From Camelus ferus (lineage: Eukaryota), in assembly GCF_009834535.1 (NCBI RefSeq), contig NC_045707.1, forward strand, positions 57,104,001-57,168,000: DNA of 64,000 bases. The letters are read 5' to 3'. Position numbers and translations under genes: made by a program. Below, in pieces: positions 53,009 through 64,000 of this stretch. Positions within the stretch are counted from its first letter, which is position 1, and the number at the start of each line of letters is the position of its first letter. Below the pieces are notes generated by a model. That model saw only the letters and a list, made by a program, of their open reading frames with translations. It made no database searches and had not been told where the DNA came from.

Positions 53009-53130
53009 GAGAAAGAAAGAATATATCATTTTTTTAAGGTCAAACAATCAGTAAGTAAATGATAGATTTGAACCCAGTGAGTTCAACTCTAGAGTCAGAA
53101 TCTAAACCACCATACCATACTGCCTAGTCC
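52780..53130 (-). mobile_element. MIR element split by a (GAAA)n microsatellite
   Basis: taataatagctaagactta...gtgctttgcatggattat on the left; aaggtcaaacaatcagtaagt...gatttgaacccag...cttctagagtc-like sequence on the right. Confidence 0.6.
52885..53020 (+). repeat. (GAAA)n microsatellite
   Basis: Directly visible imperfect tetranucleotide array of about 135 bp. Confidence 0.95.
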
Positions 53131-53834
53131 TGGCTTTGCCCCGAAGTAGTTATGTAATCCAGGGAATGTAATTTCACCTCTCTGTGGCAAAGTCTTCTCT
53201 ATTGTGAAATGAAGTGATTACACTAGATGACTTCTCATCTATTTTTCCAAACTCTAGTCATCTATGATAAAATGAATTTACAGTTCTGGTTAGTTCCCTA
53301 TTTTACAGTATCCCTCGTAAACTTTGGGGGCTGAAATTTGGGGCAAATCATTAAATATATATTTAAGATAATTTTTACTGAGGTACCTAACACATTTTAA
53401 AAAGAAAACTTCATCACTTAAAATGTTCTGTAAGAGGAGAGAGAAGCAAACTGTAAATTAATCATTAACCTGCAATGATAATACCCAGCAAAATACCCAT
53501 TCAGTAAGTATGAAATGTCTGGAATCCAAATATAAAATTAAAGGTGTAGTTGTATGAAAACACATGGGTTCCGGTTTTTATTATGTTTCTCCCAAACTTA
53601 ACTTTTTTGGTCTTCAGTTTCCTAAGGAGATAGCTGGGTTTTTTGAGGTTCCTTCTGTTTCTAACATTCTCTTAGTCCACAAGTGAGAATCTATTAAAGT
53701 AGTTCAGTTGAAGGTATGATTTGCATAGACTAGAATATAAATGAAAAGCAAAAGCTGCTTTTATTCCATGAATGACAAAACTCCCTGGGTCAAGTTAGTT
53801 TCCTAATTTACCTATCACAGGAAGAATATGTCTA

Positions 53835-54045
53835 TGGTATTTAGTTAAGAGTGTGGGATCTATTCAGATGGCCTGAGTTAGTTTATTTCCAAAGAGTTAC
53901 TTAAACTCTCTGGTCCTATCTATTCACCTGTAAAATGGAATAATCACAATCCTTATTTATTGTGAGGACTAAATGAGATAACAGACTTTAACTGCTTACA
54001 CCTGGCACATAGGAGGTGCTCAGCAAGTGTTTGTGTTTATTAATA
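53835..54045 (+). mobile_element. MIR SINE
   Basis: agttacttaaactctctgg...cacctgtaaaatggaataat...ttgtgaggactaaatgagataa...cctggcacataggaggtgctca. Confidence 0.75.
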
Positions 54046-55577
54046 GCAGCAATTTGAATAATTGAGGGTGCTTGCAGAGTCTGCATTCCTAAAGGTTTAT
54101 TAAAAACATAGGTGCCCATCATCATGAATAACTTAGGTGCCTAAAGACAAAGAGGGAAGACCAGGAGGAACTTACTGCAATTTCTCTTACCCTAAAATCT
54201 CATACTCCATGTCTATACCTATGAGTTTGAGAGAACAGTGATTTAATGGGTATTCCTTCAGTATTGTTTGATAGTTTATACATCAGGCAAATCAGACATG
54301 GTTTCTGCCTTTCTAAACATTTAAACCCATGTACAAATGGGAAAAGAGGATGCAGCAAATAGGAGACCTTGCTGGTCACACAACTCAAGCACTGTAATCA
54401 GAATGTTTTTGTCAGTAAAGAGACACTGCAAAACCTACAGATACTGTTTCTTCAAAACCCCTGGAATTGTCTTAACACATGAAGACTATACATAGCCCAA
54501 GATGTTTTTACCAAAATCTATGTTTCTATCCTTCAACTAAAAATGGAGGAAACTAAATTAAAATGCAGTTAAGGAAAAGAACAAATAGAGGGTAAACAGA
54601 AATATTATAATGGAAGATTCATTTTATGAACACATTTTATGTTCATTTTATGTAAATCCAGATTATTTCTTTCATAAAATAAAAAATAGAGGAAAAAGGA
54701 ATAAAACCACTGATGCTGCCCAAATTGGAAGTTTCTTGCTTTAACTGCAACTGCTGTATGATAACTGTAAACTCCTTCTTGGGGGCACAGCAGCACAAAA
54801 TTCATAACATCTGGCATTTAACTAAAAAAATTCAAACTGACTTAATTCAAACCCATTTTTGACTTGAAGAAACTACAAAATCCTTTTAGTATATACTAGC
54901 AGTGACCTATTTCAAAGAGGTTCAATAAGAATTGATAATGGAAATTGCCTTGAAGACACAAATTATTATAATTATCTTGGGATATACATATCATTAAACT
55001 AACATGAATGTCAATAAACCAGCACAAAAGTATATAAACTATTCAGTGCATATTATTACAAAACAACAGAAAAATAATTTCCTTCACTCTTTCCACAAAA
55101 GTAATTTGGACTATAATTTCCATGTTTTAGCTGTATATATGAAATCAAATAATATTTTCTCTTTATTTAGGACTTCCTTCTATTTTCAAAAGATACTTAG
55201 ATGCTAACAAGTTTATTATACATAAATGCATTTTATATCATAATTAGCACCCTACTTTAAGGAAAATATAAGCAGGGTAGTTTAAAAAAGAAATACTTTG
55301 GTAAGTTTTGAATGAAAAGAAATTATATGATATAAAAATGATACCATATTATAATTAAATTAAAAATTAAAAATGGTATGATATTTAAAAATACCCACAG
55401 TATAGTGGAAATTCCAAATATTTCAAAGATACGTTTAGAACAGTCATTGTTAACATTCAGAACCTCTGGCTTTTTCCATGAGGGAGGTATTGCAGTGCCA
55501 GAAAAACTATATAAGGTTCCGTTATTCATTCTGATTGCAGTTTTTAATGTAATTTGCCCTGTGCATCTCGCGTTCAC

Positions 55578-55729
55578 CTTGTCAGAGAGTACTGCTTCCC
55601 CAAGGCTGCCCCAGGATCCTGTTGACGGATTGCTCTAATTGCAGTCGGCGCTGTAAACAAGGCGGCAACTCCATGCTCCGCCAGCACACGGAAATAAGCA
55701 CCAGCATCTGGTGTTCCCACAGGCTTCCC
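55578..55729 (-). CDS. ACSS3: ACSS3 exon 8 (most 5' exon found; the gene continues beyond the right edge)
   Basis: 152 nt, tctcgttgcag / gtgaac. GKPVGTPDAGAYFRVLAEHGVAALFTAPTAIRAIRQQDPGAALGKQYSLT(R) contains the FTAPTAIR motif of acetyl/propionyl-CoA synthetases. Confidence 0.97.
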
Positions 55730-58700
55730 CTGCAACGAGATTCATTTAAAATGTCACTGGGTAAAACGTCTCATATTTCATTGACAGTTCAATACTTACA
55801 CATTTAACAGAGCAATATTAACAAAATGGAGTTCTCAACATATTGTAGTTTTAAAATATTCCCATGTTCCATTATAAATAAAACAAACCAAATGCCCAGA
55901 CATCAGAGAGGGCATTTGCTCCAAAACTGCATCCTAAAAGCTGTTCAAAATGCAACTTTTCCTTCCTTAAGTTTTGAAAGAAAAAGGACAGGAAATATAT
56001 ATATATATCTCACATTCAAATTAGTAACAAAAAAAGTCTTCTACTTGCCAAGAAATTAAATACGTTGTTTTGTGTGGCAGACTAAATGAGAAATGTGCTG
56101 CTATGAATTTCTAATATTAAACTTTTTTTATGTGATTGCTTTTTAAATGATAATTGCAATTCTCAAAATATATGAGAAGACAGAAAAACCTAAAATCACA
56201 GTGATTTCTGAGCAATAACCTTTTCAATTAAAAGTCTCACTCCAAGAAAAAGCAACTTCTATGAATTTAAAGAAAAATCCAATAAAGCATCTCAAAATGT
56301 AGGTTTTCCACAGCCTCAAAAATGACATTACACATGTTCAATCCACTCATAAGAATATAACAATTTTTACAAACTACAATTCAAAAGGACACAAAGCATT
56401 TTTAACTGATGTTTCTACAAAGTGGAAAATAAGCACAGCATAAATAAATCAGTAATTCTGCAAAAATTCGAAGTGTCCCATAAGATCTATCAGCCATAGG
56501 CGCTCATTCCTCAATCCATTCTCATCACTGGTACTTCTTCCTTTGTTTCTAAGGTCAGGTGCCTGGAATGTTCATATATATTATGTTAAAATATATATAT
56601 GTTTCACAGTCCAATTCTTTTGGAAGGGTTTGCGGTTTCTTATTTTGGACCATTTCTTGAAGACTAAAAAGTGCTAAAGTACATCAGGAATTTCTAAGAG
56701 ATGAGTGACTCCATGTAACATTTCCTAAACTTCTCTGTCCACATCCCCTATCTAAGCATTCCATAGGTCTTATATTCTGGAAAACACACTTGGGAAACAC
56801 TAAACTATGGTATTAAAAAAAAAAAAAAAGAAAAGAAAGAGGGAGGGAGGAATGGTTGAGATGGAAAGAAGGAAGGAAGGATAGAATTTGCTAGTAGCAA
56901 ACTTAGAGGTCTCCCTAAACAAGGAATAATAAAGGAGTGGATGACAACATGAGGTCGACCATAGCTCTGTTTAATATTTTACATTCACTATCTACTTCTA
57001 ATTGGATCTTTGCTAGGGCGCTATTTGGTTTTTACATTTATTTTTTTAATGGTTGCCCTTAATATTCTTGAATACAATTATATTCTTTTTTTTAAAGAAA
57101 CTTCTCTCTTATATTCTGTTGCTTTTTCTCTTGCTCTTTTAATACCAAAGAAGATATATGCTGCAACTGGAAATTTATTTTTATTATCACAACTATCCCA
57201 AAACGCTTGATTTCAATTTATTTCATTATTACCTCATATAGGTGAACACAATGGCATAGTCTAAAAAGCTGCCAAATACAATCTGTCAATTCATGCATAT
57301 AATTTGACTCACAAATTTTGAAGTCTTGAGTACATCAGCACAAACTTTATTATTTCTAATCAAGAGAGGTAAATATTTGACTTTTTTACTTCTTTAATCT
57401 GACTTAGGCACTCATTACCCTGTGTACTGGATTGTGACTTTAGAAACTTGATCTCATCCACATAAAAATGATTTGTCAATTGACTTGCCCTGTCTTTGCT
57501 GCCATTTTCCTGCCTATTAAATAAGAATAAATCACTTTGCCAATATCTCTTCAATAAGCTAAAAGCACTGATATAACATTTTAAAGTGGTTTGACCTCCA
57601 CTGATGAAATATTTCACAGCCAATTGGAGTTTAATTCCACTACAATGTCTGTGTCGTGGGACAATAATATACTCAGTCAAGAGTGATATTAGTGTTATAA
57701 TGAAAATGCTACACCATAATGACTACCTACATATAAGACACAACTTGATGTATTTTACAGTGCCTTCAAATTAACTATATCTAATGATAATGACAACGAT
57801 AGTTTATTAGATATTTTAGTTAAAACTGTACCACACTTTTTATAGATAATACAAAATTAGAACTGTTGCAATTCTGACCTTGCACAAAACAAATTTCCAT
57901 CAATATTATACTTATTTAGCATAAAAAAGATCATGATAGCATGGCATTACAATTAGGACACTTATAGAAGTGATGCATAAAAGCTCACAATGTTTTTTTG
58001 TAAGTTAATTGAACTAAGAAAGGTTCCGTTGTTTTGCATTTTATTGTCCATTCCCCAGAAGACTGTCTGAAGCAATGAATGATATTTCCCTTTTTTGGAA
58101 TTACTTTAATACTTATGTTCTTTATTTTTTATTTTCTTAAAACGTCTAACTGATCTCAAATCTTAATTGAAACATAAGTTACGATATATCAAAGAAATTA
58201 CTGTTCATCAAAACAGCCTACTGATTAACACAATCATTAGGATCTGAACGATGTAAACACTTCAGCTAACAGAAGACAGCGCAGAAGCAGATCTTGCATC
58301 AGAAGCCATTGTTCACATACAAACAATCATAACACACTAGGCAGTGCTAATATATTCTTTGATTTAATAAATATTTATTGGCCAGATACTATAGGCTCAA
58401 CACTATTCTAAATTCTGGGAAAATTTTTTTGAACAAGCCATGTAAGGTCCTGCTCTAAAGGAACTAATACTCTAGTAATTATGGGGGTGTGCACAGTAAT
58501 ATTACTAAAAATTACACAGCTGATACTGTAAGCTACTTTGCGCCTACTAAAGGGAAGGACTGTGGTAATAAATATGGGACCTATATGTTCTTAGCACCTA
58601 TCTCCATTAGTAACTTCAGAGAACTGAAGCAAAGCCAATAGGCCTCTTTCATCATGAATTCTAAATGAAAATGACTCAATGGCTTATTGATTTGATTGAA

Positions 58701-60286
58701 CACTCTTCTCTCCTGCCCTCCTGCACATCACAGGCTCATGGGCACACACAGGTACACACACACACATAAGCAATATAACCCCTTTACAATGCTTTTTAAA
58801 AGTAACCAGTAAAACACTAAGTATGCAGACCTGCTTGGAAAAATTGACAGATTCCAGAACTCGCATATTCAGTAAAGGGCAATAGCCCCAAACCTATTCA
58901 GTTCTCAAATGAGAAGACTCTAAGATGATAGGGATTTTTAACAAACAACATACACACCTAAAGTAGTGATGCAGGTAAAAGGTAACAATGACTTACAATC
59001 TCTTGAAAACTCAATCGATGTCATTACCATTTGCTTTGATCCCCTTCCTCTAAACTAAAGTCCACAGTGTTAGTCACTGCCCAGAAAACAAAGGCAGAAA
59101 GAAACCCCTAAACAGCAAAGCAGGGATTATGAGCTTTCAGCTGTTATAAATCATGAATTTTTAACATCAGAGATTTATAAAATATCAATTGTTAATACTT
59201 ATAGTGCAGTTAGTGATGGTACAAAGCACAGAGAATATGACAGTTCTCTTTACGATACCAAATATCATAAAATTAACTTGCACTTGTAACTGTCTACCAC
59301 TTAATGCTTCCCTGTGTTAATATTAGCAGACCACAGATACAAGTTCAGAGTCAGAAAATCATATGATGTCTCAGCTTCTCACGTAATTTCCACTGAGGTT
59401 AAGTTTTCAACACAGAAAATAGTGAAATACAGCAACTAGGAAAAAAAAAAAGATATAAGCATTATAGTTACATCTTTAAGCAAAAAAAAAAAAAAAAAAA
59501 AAAAACCCAAACCGCACTGTCTTTATTATTAATCTTATGATTTGAGTTTATTCAAGGCTTGGGGTCAAGGGTGCTTGTGATTTCTCAGACTCTGACATAA
59601 AATTTTTGAGCCAAGTGTAGGTTTTGCCTTTTTTGGATTCTCTTTTTGAACACTGCTTCTGAGAATGTCACCGAAGGCATGTTTTTACTGCATTTCTACG
59701 GTGAAGACAGCAAAATCCCTTATGGACTAGTCCTGATTTTCATTTCAGCAGACAGGTGCAGCAATGTTGGCTTATTTATTTTGGAAGAGTGATGAAATTG
59801 GCAATAGCATTTGTTGAGTTCCTACTGCATGCCTGGTGCCTTTATCAAGGGATGAGAGTTTGGGCAGGCAACATCTGAACTTGAGACCTGTTAAAACATG
59901 AGCAATTCTCCAGGGTATATTATTTCTTTTGTGAGTTTTGAAATAAGCACCAACCTTTTTACAAATGGATTTTTCTTCCATAAAGTTTCGCTCTTGATAA
60001 CTCATCTTGTCCCAGTTTTTGAAAACATCACTGCTGCTTTAAATCCAGAGGAGACAATTGCTTAAGACCCTCAGCCCTTGGATCTTGTGTTACTACAGCA
60101 CACTCCCTTTTAAGGAATTAAAACTTACCTAAAACTACAATTTGGTAACTACAAATTTATATCAACCGACTTTCTTGATTATTTGCTAGAGATTTCCCAT
60201 CGTTCCATGGGCCTCACCTGTGAGAATAAGCTGCCATCTTGCCTTCCTTCATGGTACCCTTACCACCATCTAATTTTACACTAAAC

Positions 60287-60466
60287 CAGTGACTGTCAAC
60301 CCTAAATGTACATTAGAACTTCTTGGGATGTTTTTGAAATGTACCAATGCCTGGTCCCCACTCCTTGAGATTCTGATCTAATCAGTCTTTAAATGGGGCT
60401 GGAAGCTGTTATGTTTTAGGGGTCCCCTAAATCATTATAATCCACAGCCAGGTTTGAGAACCAATG
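60287..60466. mobile_element. MER5-like hAT-Charlie MITE
   Basis: Termini cagtgactgtcaacc ... ggtttgagaaccaatg; internal aatgcctggtccccactcc..gagattctgatctaat. Confidence 0.75.
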
Positions 60467-61597
60467 CCAAATTCCTCAATATTAAGCATCACCCGAAGCT
60501 AGGCTATTTCCAATACCCACCTGCCTGGTTACCCAAGCGCGTGGGCCTGGAATTTAACGCTAAGCTTTGCTGCCTTTTCCCACTTGTTATAAATAAATGA
60601 GCCAATCAGAGTATTAATAAAGAATATACTGATAACTGAAATTTGATTACAGGGGGCCATTAACCAAGAAAATAATTGGAAAGAGGTGCCTGATTGCTCT
60701 AAATTCTTTATGCCTCCATCTGTAAGTCAAACTTCAGACAGGACATACACATCATGATTTGTAAGACCTAGCTCCCTAAGTACAACTTCCTTATCACCAA
60801 AGATGGAAGCATTAGTCCCCAGGCCAGCAGCTTTTTCTGTGCTGCCCAGAGACCTTTGAAAATTAAGTCTTAGTTTAGGATTTTACTTTGGTTGTGTCAC
60901 TGCTTGAAAGGATTATATCTTTATCTTTCAAACGAAGGGTTTCTGACCTGAACTTCAGGGGAGTTCATAAATATTCCGTATTTTTTTAATGTGTATATGT
61001 TCACGTTCCTTTTATCAGAGTTTGAAATCCCTTTCATAACCAAAAGGTTTCTACATATATACGTAGGTTTCTAGGTAAAATCTCTTCAAAGAGTTTCTGT
61101 TTTGCTCTGGGAAACAGCTTGGATGAAGCTAGAAGGCAGATGGACAGGTAGATACCATAACATCTGTTCATTTTCTTCTCCACAGGGTGGAGAAGTCTCC
61201 CTTGTACTACCCTTTTAATTCACTTCTATCAAAGGGCTACAGATAGTCTCAAAAATCAAACTTAGTGGCATATGTGAGGTCCCCAACCAACCTGTCTTCT
61301 TTTCCCTCCTATTACTGTGATGGTAAGAATCTGCCATTTTTGTTAAGTCAAAACCAGTCAAGTATCAGCAGTTTCACATAGTTCAAATTAATGCTTTCCA
61401 CAGTCATGGTATTTTGACAATCCATCTTCACTATCTCCTGTGGTAGATACTACAGAGTTGCAACGCCTCAGGCTTGAGTCCTTCCTCTCCTTCAGGACAA
61501 GCTCTAGCTACCAGCCTGAAAAAGTAAGACTTCTCCATGACTATATCAAGGATGTGTATGTCTACCTATAACTCCATCTAGAACTGTCCCTCTTGTA

Positions 61598-61870
61598 CCA
61601 ACTTTCAGCTATAAGATGAAGGTCTGAGAATCTAATGTATAACATAGTGACTATAGTTGATAACACTGTATTGTACTATTGAAATTTGCCAAGAGAGTAG
61701 AACTTAAACATTCTCAATAGAAAAAAAAAAAAGATTAACATAGGTGGTGATGAATGTGTTAATTAAGCAGATGGGAGGATTCCTTTCATAATATAGGCAT
61801 ACATCAAATGATGTATACTAAATATCCTACGGTCTGATTTGTCAATTATACCTCAGTAAAGTTCAAAAAC
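61598..61870 (+). mobile_element. 5'-truncated L1 3' end (L1MA9-like or a laurasiatherian descendant)
   Basis: actttcagctataagatgaa...atctaatgtataacatagtgactatagttgataacactgtattgta...gaaatttgccaagagagtagaacttaaa...tttgtcaattatacctcagtaaagt. Confidence 0.85.
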
Positions 61871-62489
61871 ATTACAAATAGATCTATCCCTTTTGGTTTG
61901 GTTCTTCTGCCTTTTCCCAGCTCTGAGAGTTGACCATCCTGAGTCTGGTGATGAGCCCATCCCCCATGAATAAACCATTGCTTTCACATAGGTCATTAAG
62001 TACTAAAAAGAGGCTGACCTCCAACAGTATTAACAACAAGTAAATGAGGCTGAGCACTGGAGTTGGTAATTCTGAAGACCCAGTGCTGAACTAATTCGGG
62101 ACTCTGACATATTTACCATTCTCGGCAGTCAGAGAGGGCATTTATCAGTAGGCTAGCTGGTGGTTCAAGGCTTCTGGCAGGGCTACTTTCACCTCTAAAC
62201 TCCTCCATGCTGATGAGTAACCACTCTGCTATCCTGTACTTCCTGTACTGGAGGAACAAATTAAAGCTTTCTTTACTCATAGTGAATAGTCAGACTTTTC
62301 TATAAGCAGAGAAATTAAATGCCTTCTTGGTCTATTAGACTAACAGATTTCCACCCAGAAAATAAAGTGTGGCTATTCCATATGTATACACTGTAATTCA
62401 ACCTGAGGTTGCACAAAGCCTGAATCCTCCATAACACACACTCATTTACCATAAACAACCTTCAAACATGTTCATATTCCCCATGTTAA

Positions 62490-63130
62490 AAACTGAAATG
62501 AACTCACAAGCTTTCCCATGAAATTGCTCTCATAGGGTGATTAATGACATCGTAATTGCCAAATCTCTCTTCAGTCACTGTCCTACCAGACCTTTCTCTG
62601 TAGCATTTGGCACTGCTGATCCCTCATCTTCTGGAAAGCCTCCCCTCCACGTTCTTCAGGACACTTCGCTTCTCTGATTCTCCCATTGCCTCTCCAATTT
62701 CTTATTCTCAATTTATATAGCTTCCCTCTCTCAATCCTCACTTCTCTGCATATCTTAATCACCTTAGGGACTTAAATCATTAACTCTTTTACACCTCTAA
62801 TTCTGAAAGTTCTTCTGCATTTCAAACCTGACTTCCCAATATTCTACAAACGTCTGAGTAGCTCCTTTAAACTCTACATTACCAAAACTAAAAGTACTGT
62901 TTTCTCCTCCACAAGAGCCCTTGCACCTACTGTAGTATTTCAGTGGATTACTGCCATTGTTCAGTTGTCCTAGCTGAAGACATAAAAGCTATTTTCAATT
63001 CCCTTTTTCACCTCTGTCTTACAATATCCACCTGACACCCTAATACCCAGACTTCCCCTTAATGCTCAGATCACTGATCCCCTAGTTCTGGTCACACAGT
63101 TTGCAGTACTCAACAGTTTCCCAATTGTTC
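62490..63130 (+). mobile_element. LINE-2 fragment
   Basis: ctctgtagcatttggcactgctgat...ttcttcaggacac...ctctgattctccc is a characteristic L2 ORF2 remnant. Confidence 0.7.
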
Positions 63131-63149
63131 GTCTCTAAATTACGACTAG

Positions 63150-63380
63150 AACCCCCTGCCTTTAGAGCCAGAAAACCTTGCATCAAATCCCAGCTCCCCC
63201 ATGCTTGCACCACTCACTGGTAAAGTTATTTACTGTCTCTGATCCTGTTTCTACAGTTGTAAACAGGAATGCAAAACAGTTACCAGATGGGTTTATAGAT
63301 AAAATTAACTAAGACATAGGATATAAAGTGCTTAGAAGAGGTTCTATCACCCAACACTCAATCCATCGCAGCTATTATCT
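63150..63380 (+). mobile_element. MIR SINE
   Basis: ctttagagccaga...tcaaatcccagctc...aaagttattt...taaagtgcttagaa. Confidence 0.65.
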
Positions 63381-64000
63381 TTGCCTGTACTGTCTCTTCC
63401 ACAAAGCTTTTCACATCTACTCTAGTCCTTAACTTCCCTGAAGGGACTAGTGGACAGATTTTTGATTCAGGATAGAATCCAAGCTCTGCCTTTTACAAGC
63501 TACGTGGCCTGAAACAACTTACTTAATTTCTTTGATCCTCATTTAGTTCTATCATCAGAAAATTGCATCAAAACTGGTGCAAGAAATAAACGTAGAATAT
63601 TTATCATTGGCAATGGCTCAATGTAGTTTCTGAAAAAAAGCTTTCATATCTTCTATATGCTGTAAGAAATTTCTTAGGTAGTATCATCTTCAATTTGTTT
63701 GCTTTCTGTCCTTTAAATTAATCTTAATTATTTGACTATATTGCCAGTGCTTTTAGTGCGAGGAGTGTATCTGATACTTTCTCTGTCTCCCTATCAACTC
63801 TAGCAAGATGTTGAGCTCACAATAGGCACCAATAAATACTGTTGACGGAGCTGCGACGATAGCTGTACTTGCCTGCTCTACCATAAAACACAGGCACACA
63901 CAGGAAAAAATAAACTCAAAAATAAAAATCTCTTAACAACTAGTCATGTGAGAGACCTAGAGGATGCTGTCACCATCTTTACCATCTTTTCCAATTGAGA

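Noticed and set aside
51199..53062. Phe/Leu/Ser-rich ORF (51199-51441) and Lys/Glu/Arg-rich ORF (52799-53062)
   Set aside because: Translations of (TTTC)n and (GAAA)n microsatellites.
1..64000. Prokaryotic-type systems (operons, CRISPR arrays, defence islands), intact retroviral genes, tRNA/rRNA genes
   Set aside because: The sequence is spliced mammalian DNA with no long ORFs, no repeat-spacer arrays and no such RNA genes recognised.

Overview
Eukaryotic (placental mammal, probably laurasiatherian) genomic DNA, AT-rich and mostly intronic. Two convergent genes meet at the left end. On the + strand is the 3' end of PPFIA2 (liprin-alpha-2): a last coding exon at 1145-1236 ending ...VRTYSC*, then a terminal 3'UTR exon from 3257. 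On the - strand are the last nine coding exons of ACSS3 (acyl-CoA synthetase short-chain family member 3), from 55729 down to the stop at 7490-7492. These splice through canonical GT-AG junctions with matching phases into 966 nt (321 aa plus stop). The introns hold old transposon relics (L1, L2, L3/CR1, MIR, MLT1, MER3, MER5), two ERV solo LTRs, microsatellites and a tiny U6 snRNA retrocopy. Almost all entries in the ORF track are chance ORFs. I found no evidence for a previously undescribed multi-gene system. The best leads are splice choices that could swap the PPFIA2 PDZ-binding C-terminus, possible sense-antisense 3'UTR overlap of the two genes, a TSD-flanked 3'-truncated U6 copy, an intronic CpG-rich element, and nested insertions with preserved target-site duplications. 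Repeat family names and boundaries come from visual recognition and are approximate. Exon numbers follow my recollection of the human 16-exon ACSS3 model.
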